A DNA stretch of 64,000 nt from Candidatus Galloscillospira excrementipullorum. GTDB taxonomy: Bacteria; Bacillota; Clostridia; Oscillospirales; Feifaniaceae. Within the stretch, counting starts at the first letter, position 1. Each line of letters starts with the position of its first letter. This document shows positions 37,799 through 46,965 of the stretch, piece by piece. The DNA lies in NCBI GenBank assembly GCA_018714125.1, contig DVNV01000002.1, positions 7,337-71,336 on the forward strand, given 5' to 3'. Below the pieces are notes generated by a model, which saw only the letters and a list, made by a program, of their open reading frames with translations, did no database searches and was not told where the DNA came from. Both the position numbers and the translations under genes were made by a program.

Positions 37799-40168
37799 AT
37801 GACGGACAGCATCCGCTTTTGGAGAAACCGAATGAAGCAGTTTGCCCCCGAAACGTCGGGACAGTCTGCGGCGCCTGCGGAGCAGGCACCGCTTGAGCTT
37901 GTGCAGGCGGCCGGGGCGGGCCTGGCGCAAGAGACGCAGCCTGAGCCGGAGCCCGAGCTCCCCATGGCACAAGACCCCATCGGGGCACTTCTGGTGGAAA
38001 AGCTGGAAGAGCCGGAGCATGCGCGCTACTACGACAAGGACCTGATTGAACGGGCCTTTTTCCTGGCCAGAAAGGCGCATGCGGGGCAAAAACGCCGCTC
38101 GGGGGAGGACTATCTGGTTCACCCTGTTGAGGTGGCGCGCATTTTGGTGGATTTGGGCATGGACAGCGACTGCATTGCGGCGGCGCTGCTGCACGACGTG
38201 GTGGAGGACACCGGCGTCACCACGCAGGAGGTGTCCAAGGGCTTTGGCAGCGATGTGGCCAACCTTGTGGAGGGCGTGACAAAGCTGGGCAAAATCCCCT
38301 ACACCAGCAAGGAAGAAGAGCAGGTGGAAAACCTGCGCAAGATGTTTTTGGCCACCGCCAAGGACATCCGCGTCATCATCATCAAGCTGGCCGACCGCCT
38401 TCACAACATGCGCACGCTGGCGGCCATGCCCGATTTCAAGCGCAGGGAGAAGTCGCGCGAGACCATGGAGGTCTATGCCCCCCTGGCGCACCGGCTGGGT
38501 ATGCAGCGCGTCAAGGTGGAGCTTGAAGACCTCTCGCTGCAGTACCTCGACCCGGTGGGCTACGAGGAGATTGCAAGGGACTTTGCCAGCCATCAGGCCG
38601 AGCGCCAGAATTTTCTCGAAGAGGTCATGAGCCGGCTGCGGGAACGCGTGTCGGCCGAGATTCCCGACTCGCAGGTGACAGGGCGTGTCAAGCACATTTA
38701 CAGCGTCTATCAGAAGATGTATAAGCAAAACAAGACGCTCAGTGAAATTTACGACCTGTATGCCGTGCGTGTGATTGTCAACACCATTGTGGACTGCTAC
38801 AACGTGCTGGGAATCGTGCACGACATGTATAAGCCCATTCCCGGCAAGTTCAAAGACTATATCTCAACCCCCAAGCCCAACATGTACCAGTCGCTGCACA
38901 CCACCGTCATCGGCAAGGAGGGCATCCCCTTTGAGGTGCAGATCCGCACCTGGGAGATGCACCGCACGGCAGAGTTTGGTATTGCGGCGCACTGGAAGTA
39001 TAAAAGAGGCCTCACCAAGAAGGATTCGCTGGAAGGCAAGCTCGAATGGGTGCGGCAGGTGCTCGAGGTTCAGGCCACCTCGTCGGACCCCGAGGAGTTC
39101 ATGCGCACCTTCAAGATTGACTTCTTTGACGACGAGGTGTTTGTGTTCACGCCGCGCGGCGACCTCATCAACCTGCCGGCCGGCGCCACCGCCATCGACT
39201 TTGCCTATGCCATCCACAGCCAGGTGGGCAACAAGATGATTGGGGCCAAGGCAAACGGCAAGCTGGTGACGCTGGATTATCAGGTGCAAAACGGCGACAT
39301 CGTGGAGGTCATCACGGCCAAGGAGGGCAACAAGGGCCCCAACCGCGACTGGCTGAGCATTGTCAAGACCAGTGAAGCCAAGAGCAAAATCAGGCAGTGG
39401 TTCAAAAAGGAAAAGCGTGAGGAGAACATCCAGCGCGGAAGGGAAGAGGTGGAGCTGGGGCTGCGGCAGGCGCTGCTGCAGATTGACCCGGCCGACCTTC
39501 AGGAGCTGCTGCAGACCATTGCCAAGCGCATGGGCGTGACCGGGGTCGACGAGCTCTATGCCTCCATCGGCTACGGCGGCATTTCCAGCTCCCGTGTGCT
39601 GACCAAAATCAAAGAGGGCTATGCCAAGCAGCACAAGCCCAGCAATGAAGACGTGCTCGAGACCCTGGCAGACGCCACGGCAAAGGCGGCGCCGAGGAAG
39701 CATTCGTCGGGCGGCGTTATCGTGGAGGGGCTGGAGGGCTGCCTTGTGAAGTTTGCGCGCTGCTGCAACCCCCTGCCGGGCGACGACATTGTCGGGTATG
39801 TCACGAAGGGGTTTGGAGTGTCGGTGCACCGCCGCGACTGCAACAACTTCCAAAACGCCATTGTCAAAAACCAGGACCTGGGCAGATGGATTGCGGTGCA
39901 CTGGGACGACGGCGCGCGCGCCGTCCATCAGACTGAGCTGCTCATCACGGCAAACAACCGCACGGGGCTGCTGGCCGACCTGACGGCAATGCTCTCCAGC
40001 CTCAAAATTCCCATCCACTCCATTACGGCAAGGGATGCGCTCAAAAATGCCTCTGGGGTTGTCTCCGTCATCATCGAGGTGCTCGATTTGGAGCATCTGA
40101 ACCTGGTGATGGGAAAACTGCTGCACATCAAGGGCGTCACCGACGTGCGCCGCGGTCACATGAACTGA
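37799..40168 (+). CDS. relA: Bifunctional (p)ppGpp synthetase/hydrolase (RSH: HD, synthetase, TGS, ACT)
   Basis: The HD motif is HPVEVARIL...LLHDVVEDT. The synthetase region reads YKPIPGKFKDYISTPKPNMYQSLHTTV...EVQIRT. TGS and ACT-like regions are present at the C-terminus. It has an N-terminal low-complexity extension of about 55 aa. Confidence 0.95.
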   Translation: MTDSIRFWRNRMKQFAPETSGQSAAPAEQAPLELVQAAGAGLAQETQPEPEPELPMAQDPIGALLVEKLEEPEHARYYDKDLIERAFFLARKAHAGQKRRSGEDYLVHPVEVARILVDLGMDSDCIAAALLHDVVEDTGVTTQEVSKGFGSDVANLVEGVTKLGKIPYTSKEEEQVENLRKMFLATAKDIRVIIIKLADRLHNMRTLAAMPDFKRREKSRETMEVYAPLAHRLGMQRVKVELEDLSLQYLDPVGYEEIARDFASHQAERQNFLEEVMSRLRERVSAEIPDSQVTGRVKHIYSVYQKMYKQNKTLSEIYDLYAVRVIVNTIVDCYNVLGIVHDMYKPIPGKFKDYISTPKPNMYQSLHTTVIGKEGIPFEVQIRTWEMHRTAEFGIAAHWKYKRGLTKKDSLEGKLEWVRQVLEVQATSSDPEEFMRTFKIDFFDDEVFVFTPRGDLINLPAGATAIDFAYAIHSQVGNKMIGAKANGKLVTLDYQVQNGDIVEVITAKEGNKGPNRDWLSIVKTSEAKSKIRQWFKKEKREENIQRGREEVELGLRQALLQIDPADLQELLQTIAKRMGVTGVDELYASIGYGGISSSRVLTKIKEGYAKQHKPSNEDVLETLADATAKAAPRKHSSGGVIVEGLEGCLVKFARCCNPLPGDDIVGYVTKGFGVSVHRRDCNNFQNAIVKNQDLGRWIAVHWDDGARAVHQTELLITANNRTGLLADLTAMLSSLKIPIHSITARDALKNASGVVSVIIEVLDLEHLNLVMGKLLHIKGVTDVRRGHMN

Positions 40169-40214
40169 GCCGGCGGGGCGCGACGGGTAGGGCACGCCTG
40201 TCAAACGCCAAGCA

Positions 40215-40242
40215 CAGGGTGCCGCATGCGGCACCCTGTTTT
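40215..40242 (+). terminator. Intrinsic terminator after relA
   Basis: CAGGGTGCCGC at GCGGCACCCTG followed by TTTT. Confidence 0.85.
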
Positions 40243-40303
40243 GGATTTTTTTAAGGCCCTTTGTCCCGTGCGGGGCGGGGCACGCAAAGGAGTGCTGGAA
40301 TCA

Positions 40304-42334
40304 ATGGAATTGAAGTCCCTGCCGGGTGTGGGGGATACGAGAGTGGAGCAGCTCGGGCGCCTTGGCATCCTGTGCGCCGAGGACTTGCTGCGCTTTTATC
40401 CGCGCGCCTATCAGGACAGGTCGGTCGTTTTGCCGCTTGCCCAGGTCACGGACGGTCAAAGCTGCAGTGTGCGCGCCTTTGTCACGACGGCCCCGTCGCT
40501 CACGAGAATCCGCAAGGGAATGGAGATTGTGCACTTTCGCATCTCGGACGGCAGCGCCACGGCCACGGTGAGCTATTTCAATCAAAGCTGGATAAAAAGC
40601 CAGCTGATGCGCGGGGGGGAATATGTCTTTTACGGGACCTTTGAGGTGTCCGGCAGCCTGCGCCGCGTGGCAAACCCCGTCTTTGAGGCGGCAGACAGCC
40701 CCCTGGCAGCAGCCATCACCCCCATATACCGGCTGACGACGGGGCTGGGACAAAAGGTCATGCAAAAGCTGGTGCGCGAAGCGGTGCATCGCCTGCTTCC
40801 CCTTGAGCCTGAGATTTTGCCCCAATCCCTTTGCCGGAAATATCATCTGATGGAGCGAAGGCAGGCGCTCTTTGAAATTCACATGCCCTCCGATGCGGCG
40901 GCGCTGCAACAGGCCAGGAGACGGCTGGTGTTTGAAGAGCTGCTCACGCTGCAGCTCGGGCTCGGGCTGCTCAGGAACCGCAGCAGGGAGGGGACGCCGG
41001 TGCGCATTGCGCCGTGCCCCATGCAGCCTTTTTACGAGGCCCTGCCCTTTGAGCCGACCGGCGCACAAAAGCGCGCCGTGGCGCAGGCCCTGGCAGACTT
41101 TGAAAAGCCCTGGGCCATGAACCGGCTGCTGCAGGGCGATGTGGGCAGCGGGAAGACCATGGTGGCGGCGGCGCTGAGCTATGCTGCGGCGGGCAGCGGC
41201 TTCCAGACGGCGCTCATGGCGCCCACAGAAATTCTGGCAGAGCAGCATTGCCGCACCCTGTCGTCCATGCTGGCCCCGATGGGGATGCAGGTTGCGCTGC
41301 TGACCGGCGCCATGCCGGCGGCACGGCGCAGGGAGGTCCTCTCGGGCATCGAGTCGGGGCAGGCCGACGTGGTGGTGGGCACGCATGCGCTGCTGGAAAG
41401 CAGCGTGCTCTTCCACAACCTCGGGCTGGTGGTGACCGACGAGCAACACCGCTTTGGGGTGGCGCAGCGCGCAAAGCTGGCCGCGAAGGGCGCCTCCCCC
41501 CATTTGCTCGTCATGTCGGCGACCCCCATTCCCCGGACGCTGGCGCTTATCGTCTATGGAGATCTCGACGTCTCGATTTTGGATGAGCTGCCTGCGGGCA
41601 GGCGCAAGGTCAAGACCTACGCCGTCTCAACGGCGCTGCGCCCGAGGGTGGAGGCCTTTATGGAAAAGCAGCTCGAGCAGGGCCGCCAGGTCTACGTCGT
41701 GTGCCCGATGGTGGAGGACGCGTCCGGGGAGCGGGAGCTCTCGGACGTCAAGAGCTACGCCGCCCGCCTGAGCAGGCGGCTTGCCCCCTATACGGTGGCC
41801 TTTTTGCACGGCAGGATGAAAAACGCCGAGAAGGAGGCCGTCATGGCCCGCTTTGCCGCAGGCGACATCCATGTGCTGGTGTCGACCACCGTCATCGAGG
41901 TGGGGGTGGATGTGCCCAACGCCTCGCTGATGGTGGTGGAAAACGCAGAGAGGTTCGGCCTGTCCCAGCTCCACCAGCTGCGGGGCAGGGTGGGGCGCGG
42001 GCCCTGGCAGTCCTACTGTGTCTTGATGAGCGACGCCAAAAACGATACGGCAAGAGAGCGCCTTATCGGCATGACAAAGCTCGACAACGGCTTTGACATC
42101 GCCGAAAAGGACCTCGAGCTGCGCGGGCCGGGGGATTTCTTCGGCGAGCGGCAGCACGGCCTTCCCGCGCTGTCGATGGCCAGCCTGACGGGGGACACCC
42201 GCCTTCTGGCCGAGGCGGCGGATGCAGCCGCAGAGCTGCTCTCGCAGGACGCCGGCCTGCAGCAGGAGGAGCACCGCCTGCTGCGTGAGCACATTGCAAA
42301 GCTCTTTTCGCGCAGCGACATCGCCCTCAACTGA
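40304..42334 (+). CDS. recG: ATP-dependent DNA helicase RecG
   Basis: Start at MELKSLPGVG after the SD AAAGGAG. Helicase motifs are GDVGSGKT, DEQHRFG and SATPIPRT. QLHQLRGRVGRG is also present. Confidence 0.95.
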   Translation: MELKSLPGVGDTRVEQLGRLGILCAEDLLRFYPRAYQDRSVVLPLAQVTDGQSCSVRAFVTTAPSLTRIRKGMEIVHFRISDGSATATVSYFNQSWIKSQLMRGGEYVFYGTFEVSGSLRRVANPVFEAADSPLAAAITPIYRLTTGLGQKVMQKLVREAVHRLLPLEPEILPQSLCRKYHLMERRQALFEIHMPSDAAALQQARRRLVFEELLTLQLGLGLLRNRSREGTPVRIAPCPMQPFYEALPFEPTGAQKRAVAQALADFEKPWAMNRLLQGDVGSGKTMVAAALSYAAAGSGFQTALMAPTEILAEQHCRTLSSMLAPMGMQVALLTGAMPAARRREVLSGIESGQADVVVGTHALLESSVLFHNLGLVVTDEQHRFGVAQRAKLAAKGASPHLLVMSATPIPRTLALIVYGDLDVSILDELPAGRRKVKTYAVSTALRPRVEAFMEKQLEQGRQVYVVCPMVEDASGERELSDVKSYAARLSRRLAPYTVAFLHGRMKNAEKEAVMARFAAGDIHVLVSTTVIEVGVDVPNASLMVVENAERFGLSQLHQLRGRVGRGPWQSYCVLMSDAKNDTARERLIGMTKLDNGFDIAEKDLELRGPGDFFGERQHGLPALSMASLTGDTRLLAEAADAAAELLSQDAGLQQEEHRLLREHIAKLFSRSDIALN

Positions 42335-42423
42335 AGGGGCGCAGGAGCGGCACTGTAAGCTGCGGCACTTCGGCAGGAGCTGCCGTGAAAAAGCACCAGG
42401 TTTTTTAAGGAGGAATGTTTCAG

Positions 42424-43293
42424 ATGTCCCGCAACTATGACTGTATCATCGTGGGCAGCGGCCCGGCAGGCATTTCGGCTTCGCTTTATACGCTGCGCGC
42501 AGGGTTTTCCACGCTGCTCTTTTCCACGCAGGACAGCGCGCTGCGGCGTGCCGAGCGCATTGAAAACTACTATGGCTTTTCGCAGGGCATTTCGGGAGAA
42601 GAGCTGCTGCGCGAGGGGGAGAAGCAGGCGCGCCGGCTGGGGGCGGAGATGACCCTCGAGGAGGTGGTGCGCGTGGATCCCTTTGACGGCATCGCCGTGC
42701 ACACGCCGGCCGGGGTCTACCGGTGCGGCGCGCTGCTGCTTGCCACGGGGGCGCACCGCGTGCGCCCAAACATTGAAAACCTGGAGGCGCTGGAGGGCAA
42801 AGGGGTGAGCGCCTGCGCCGTGTGCGACGGATTTTTCCACAGGGGAAAGCCGGTTGCGGTGCTGGGAAGCGGGGATTTTGCGGCCTCCGAAGCCGCCGAG
42901 CTTGTCCCCCTTGCGGCAAGCGTAACCATTCTGACAAACGGGCAGCAGCCCACGGCCGATTTCGGCTCCCTCCCGGTGGTGACAACCCCCATTGCGCGGC
43001 TGACGGGAGACCAGCTCCTGCAGGGCGCAGAGCTGGAAGACGGAAGTTTTGTGCCGCTCTCGGGCCTCTTTGTGGCGCTGGGCAAGGCCTCGGCGGTCGA
43101 CCTGGCGCGCGCGGCCGGCATTCTGACCGGCCCGCAGGGTATTTCGGTCGATGCCCATATGCAGACAAACATCGAAGGGATTTTTGCGGCAGGCGACTGC
43201 GTTGGCGGCCTTTTGCAAATCTCAAAGGCGGTCGGAGAGGGCGCCGTGGCTGGGATGGCCATGATTGCCCGGCTGCGCAGCGCGTCGGCCTGA
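42424..43293 (+). CDS. Thioredoxin-reductase-like FAD flavoprotein (CAVC redox motif, lacks the HRRxxxR NADPH motif)
   Basis: YDCIIVGSGPAGISASLY is the FAD GxGxxG motif. The redox disulfide is ACAVCDG. FAAGDC is also present. The start was chosen 10 nt after AAGGAGG, and an alternative ATG lies at 42415. Confidence 0.8.
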   Translation: MSRNYDCIIVGSGPAGISASLYTLRAGFSTLLFSTQDSALRRAERIENYYGFSQGISGEELLREGEKQARRLGAEMTLEEVVRVDPFDGIAVHTPAGVYRCGALLLATGAHRVRPNIENLEALEGKGVSACAVCDGFFHRGKPVAVLGSGDFAASEAAELVPLAASVTILTNGQQPTADFGSLPVVTTPIARLTGDQLLQGAELEDGSFVPLSGLFVALGKASAVDLARAAGILTGPQGISVDAHMQTNIEGIFAAGDCVGGLLQISKAVGEGAVAGMAMIARLRSASA

Positions 43294-43482
43294 CTGCATA
43301 TTTTTGGACAGGAGAGCCAAACAGGCCGGTTTTTTTATAAATTTGGCAAAAATAAGGCAATCTTTTCTCTAAAAAAGGTGATTTTGAACATAAAATGTCT
43401 GGAAAGGGGTCAAAATTGGCGGCCAAATACCGTACAAATTGCTGAATTTGTACACATTTGGAATAAAACTCGTGGGGGACAA

Positions 43483-43511
43483 TTGATTTTTTGAATAGTT
43501 GAAAGTATAAT
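43483..43511 (+). promoter_or_regulatory. SigmaA-like promoter of the V-ATPase operon
   Basis: TTGATT (43483-43488), a 17-nt spacer, then TATAAT (43506-43511). It lies in an AT-rich 310-nt spacer. Confidence 0.55.
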
Positions 43512-43604
43512 TTAGAATAGCCAAACTATCGTGTACTGGTTCCAAGAGAAAAAGACCATGGCCGGTTCATGAGAGCCGGTCGGTTTGAGGAGGGTGGTGA
43601 ATGT

Positions 43605-43925
43605 ATGGCTGTTGAAATGCTCAAACAGGTTGGCGAGGCCGAGGCGAAGGCGGACTTGATTCGCAAACAGGCAAACGATGCGGCAAAGGCTGCCGTGGAC
43701 GAGGCTGCGACAAAGGCAAAGGAAATTGTTGCGGCCAGCGAGCAGCGGGTACGGACCGAAACGGCGCAGGTGCTCAAGGAGGCGCAGGCGCAGGCAGAGG
43801 AACAGACGAAGGCCTATTTGCAGAACATCGAAAAGCAATGTGAGCAGATCAGGTCAGACGCCAGAGTCAATTTGACCAAGGCGGCGGATATTATTGTAGC
43901 AAAGGTTGTGAGTGTAAGTGGCTGA
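43605..43925 (+). CDS. ntpF: V-type ATPase peripheral-stalk subunit (G-like; NtpF in E. hirae nomenclature)
   Basis: 106 aa, a charged Ala/Lys/Glu-rich coiled coil. It is the first gene of the operon. The SD is GAGGAGGG. Confidence 0.65.
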   Translation: MAVEMLKQVGEAEAKADLIRKQANDAAKAAVDEAATKAKEIVAASEQRVRTETAQVLKEAQAQAEEQTKAYLQNIEKQCEQIRSDARVNLTKAADIIVAKVVSVSG

Positions 43926-45867
43926 AGTCACCATGAAGCGGCTTACTCTCGCGGGATTGGCGCAGGAGAAGGAAGAGGTGCTTAAGCAGCTCGCCTTCTT
44001 CGGTGCGGTGGAAATCCATGATGCCGCCCCTCTGGCAACGGAGGAGGAGGCCGCCCAGTACGGGGCTGTCAGCGATACCGCCGAGTCCGGCGAACTTCGC
44101 GGCGACCTTGAGAAGCTGCAGGGCGCCATTCATGCTTTGACACCGCTTGCCCCCAAAAAGGGTTTGCTGCAGGCAAAACCCCACATCACCCGTCAGGGGA
44201 TGGAGGATGCCATCGTCCATCGGGAATCGGTGGCTGCCACTGCCGATGAGGTGATGCGCATCCAGCGCGCACGGCTCGCCATTGCACCCGATACCGCCAA
44301 AATGGAGGGGCAGATTCTCTCACTGGAGCCCTGGCTGTCGGTGGACATCCCACTGGGCAGCTCCGGCACCAAGCTGGTGGATGTGGTGTATGGCACCTTC
44401 CCGGCGCTGACTGACATGGCGGCGCTGCAGGAAAAAATCTCAAACATGGACTGCTGCGTGGAAACGGTGAGCAGCGACAAAAACGCCATTTACTGCGTTG
44501 TGCTGCTCTACCGTGGCTCTGAAGAGGAGTGCATGGCCGTTTTGCGCGAGTTCACCTTCTCCCGTGTCTCGCTTCGCGAGTATACGGACACTCCGGTTAA
44601 GGAAACCGAGCGTCTCAAGAAAGCCATCGAGGAGAATGCAAAGACGTATGAGACCCTGACCGGAGAAATCAGTCAATACATCGGCGATTTACCCCGTCTG
44701 CAGGAAATGGCGGACACGCTGAACGGGCGGCTGGCCATGAGCGAAATCCGCACCAACCTGCTTGTCACCGAGAAGGCCTTTTTCCTGACCGGTTTCATCC
44801 CCGAGGAACGCTGCCAGGCGCTCGAGCAGGGGCTGAAGGACTGCAATGTCGCCATTGAGTTTTCGGATGTCACGGAGGACGACGACGTTCCCGTGCTGCT
44901 CAAGAACAACAAGTTTGTTGAGCCCTACGAAATGGTGACCGAGATGTACAGCCTTCCGCTTTACGGCGGGCTGGACCCCAACCCCTTTGTGGCCCCCTTC
45001 TTCTTCCTGTTTTTCGGCATCATGATTGCCGATATCGGCTACGGCCTGATTCTCGTTCTCATCGGATCTCTCATGCTGCTCAAGACCGAGCCCCAGGGCA
45101 TGGCCAAAAAGCTCTTTACCCTTGCCCTTTACGGTGGTATCTCGGCCACCATCGTGGGTATTATTACAGGAAGCTTCTTTGGAGACCTGATTTATCAGTT
45201 CACCAGCACTTTCACCTCTCATGCGATTGCACTAAAGGCCTTCTTTGACCCTCTGACCAATCCGATTCCCATGCTGGTTCTCAGCTGCGCGCTGGGCGTC
45301 ATCCATCTGCTGCTGGGCATGGCGCTTGCCTTCTGGCAGGCCCTCAAGCGCAAGGATTACATGGGCGCTTTTGCGGATATCGGCCTGTGGTGGGTGGTTT
45401 TTGCGGGCATCGCCTTGATTTTTGTCAGCAAGAATCTGGGGCTTTCGGTGATGGGAGTCGGCGCCTTGGGCCTGGTTCTCACGCAGGGACGCTCCAAAAA
45501 GGGCTTCATCAGCAAACTGTGGTCGGGAATCTTGAGCCTGTATAACATCACCAGCTATCTGGGCGATGTGCTCTCCTATTCCCGCCTGATGGCCCTCGGC
45601 TTGTCCGGTGCAGTTATTGCACAGGTCTTCAACGCCATTTCGGTGCTGCTTGGAAAGTCGGTCATCGGCTTCATCGTGTTTGTTCTGGTTGCCCTGGTCG
45701 GACATGCGCTCAACACCTTCCTGAGTGTTTTGGGTGCCTACGTCCACACAAGCCGTCTGCAGTATGTCGAATTCTTCGGCAAGTTCTACGAGAGCGGCGG
45801 TCGTGCATTTGATCCTTTCAAAATTAAAACTCAGTATTACAACCTGATTTCTAAGGAGGACAAATAA
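43918..45867 (+). CDS. ntpI: V-type ATPase subunit I (membrane a-subunit)
   Basis: 649 aa. It has a soluble N-terminal half followed by a polytopic C-terminal half containing SYSRLMALGLSG. The start may be 43918 or 43933. Confidence 0.9.
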   Translation: MAEVTMKRLTLAGLAQEKEEVLKQLAFFGAVEIHDAAPLATEEEAAQYGAVSDTAESGELRGDLEKLQGAIHALTPLAPKKGLLQAKPHITRQGMEDAIVHRESVAATADEVMRIQRARLAIAPDTAKMEGQILSLEPWLSVDIPLGSSGTKLVDVVYGTFPALTDMAALQEKISNMDCCVETVSSDKNAIYCVVLLYRGSEEECMAVLREFTFSRVSLREYTDTPVKETERLKKAIEENAKTYETLTGEISQYIGDLPRLQEMADTLNGRLAMSEIRTNLLVTEKAFFLTGFIPEERCQALEQGLKDCNVAIEFSDVTEDDDVPVLLKNNKFVEPYEMVTEMYSLPLYGGLDPNPFVAPFFFLFFGIMIADIGYGLILVLIGSLMLLKTEPQGMAKKLFTLALYGGISATIVGIITGSFFGDLIYQFTSTFTSHAIALKAFFDPLTNPIPMLVLSCALGVIHLLLGMALAFWQALKRKDYMGAFADIGLWWVVFAGIALIFVSKNLGLSVMGVGALGLVLTQGRSKKGFISKLWSGILSLYNITSYLGDVLSYSRLMALGLSGAVIAQVFNAISVLLGKSVIGFIVFVLVALVGHALNTFLSVLGAYVHTSRLQYVEFFGKFYESGGRAFDPFKIKTQYYNLISKEDK

Positions 45868-45869
45868 TC

Positions 45870-46349
45870 ATGTTTGAGTTGAATGGAATTTTCTTTGCTA
45901 TGCTTGGTGCGGCGATAGCTTCCGGACTTGCCGGCACGGGTTCCGCCAAGGGATGCGGCGTCGCCGGTGAGGCTGCCGCGGGCGTTATTGCGGAAGATCC
46001 TTCCAAGTTCGGCCTGACCCTTCTCCTGCAGGCTCTCCCCGGTACTCAGGGCATTTACGGCACCCTGATGGCCTTCCTCGTGCTCAACAAGATTGGAGCA
46101 ATCTCCGGCAACTTTGTCAACATCGACGCTGTCACCGGCATGCTTATCATGTTCTCCTGCATTCCCGTCGGTCTGGTTGGCTGGACCTCCGGCTATGCCC
46201 AGGGCAAGACCTGCGCCGCCGGCATCTGCATGATTGCCAAGCGTCCCGAAGAAATTGCCAAGGGCATGGTTTACGGCGCCATGGTTGAGACCTACGCGGT
46301 TCTGGCGCTGCTCATCTCCTTCCTTGCATTTATCAACATCCCCGTGTAA
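45870..46349 (+). CDS. ntpK: V-type ATPase subunit K (16-kDa proteolipid)
   Basis: 159 aa, a duplicated hairpin. It contains GSAKGCGVAGEAAAG, LPGTQGIYG, YAQGK and MVETYAV. Confidence 0.9.
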   Translation: MFELNGIFFAMLGAAIASGLAGTGSAKGCGVAGEAAAGVIAEDPSKFGLTLLLQALPGTQGIYGTLMAFLVLNKIGAISGNFVNIDAVTGMLIMFSCIPVGLVGWTSGYAQGKTCAAGICMIAKRPEEIAKGMVYGAMVETYAVLALLISFLAFINIPV

Positions 46350-46375
46350 GCGGCTCATTCCTTAACAGACTGGAA

Positions 46376-46948
46376 GTGATGCACTTGAAAGGCATTGAGA
46401 ATATTGTCAGTCGGATCCTGGGGGATGCCGAGATTTCTGCGGGTGAGATCAAAGCTCAGGCCGATGCCAAGGTGGAGCAGATGCTGGCCGAGGCCAACGC
46501 CAAAGCGGAGCAGGTCTATGCGCAGGGACTCAAGTCTGCCAAGGCCGAAGTGGAAAATGTCCTGCTGCGCGGGAAATCGATGGCCGACCTGGAAGGGCGC
46601 AAGGCGCTGCTGGCGGCCCGTCAGACCGTCGTGGACGAGGCGTTCGAGGAAGCTGAGAAGGCGCTCGAGGCCAAGCGCAAGGACAAGGATTATGTCAAGC
46701 TGCTCAGCAAGCTTGCCAAGCCTGTGGTGGAAAAGGACAGCGTTGTCGTGTTGGACAAGGCGGACTTCGACGCCGTGGGCGCAGCGCTGAAGACCGAGCT
46801 TGGCTGCGCCGTGGAGGCCGCGTCTCTGCCCTCGGGCGGCGTCGTGGTCAAGAGCGGCGGCATTGAATTGAATCTGACCTTTGCGGCACTGCTGCGGCAG
46901 TATCGTGAAGAGCTGGAGCAGGCGGTGGCATCCGTTCTGTTCCAGTAA
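46376..46948 (+). CDS. ntpE: V-type ATPase subunit E
   Basis: 190 aa. It has a charged N-terminal helix followed by a globular C-terminus. Its operon position is after K. Confidence 0.8.
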   Translation: MMHLKGIENIVSRILGDAEISAGEIKAQADAKVEQMLAEANAKAEQVYAQGLKSAKAEVENVLLRGKSMADLEGRKALLAARQTVVDEAFEEAEKALEAKRKDKDYVKLLSKLAKPVVEKDSVVVLDKADFDAVGAALKTELGCAVEAASLPSGGVVVKSGGIELNLTFAALLRQYREELEQAVASVLFQ

Positions 46949-46965
46949 GGGGAGGAGGAGATTCG

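Noticed and set aside
43294-43604. The AT-rich spacers at 26836-27072, 43294-43604 and 54318-54703 might be horizontally acquired islands or hidden tRNA/sRNA genes.
   Set aside because: Each is a short intergenic promoter region flanked by core genes. I found no cloverleaf-compatible sequence, integrase or direct repeats.
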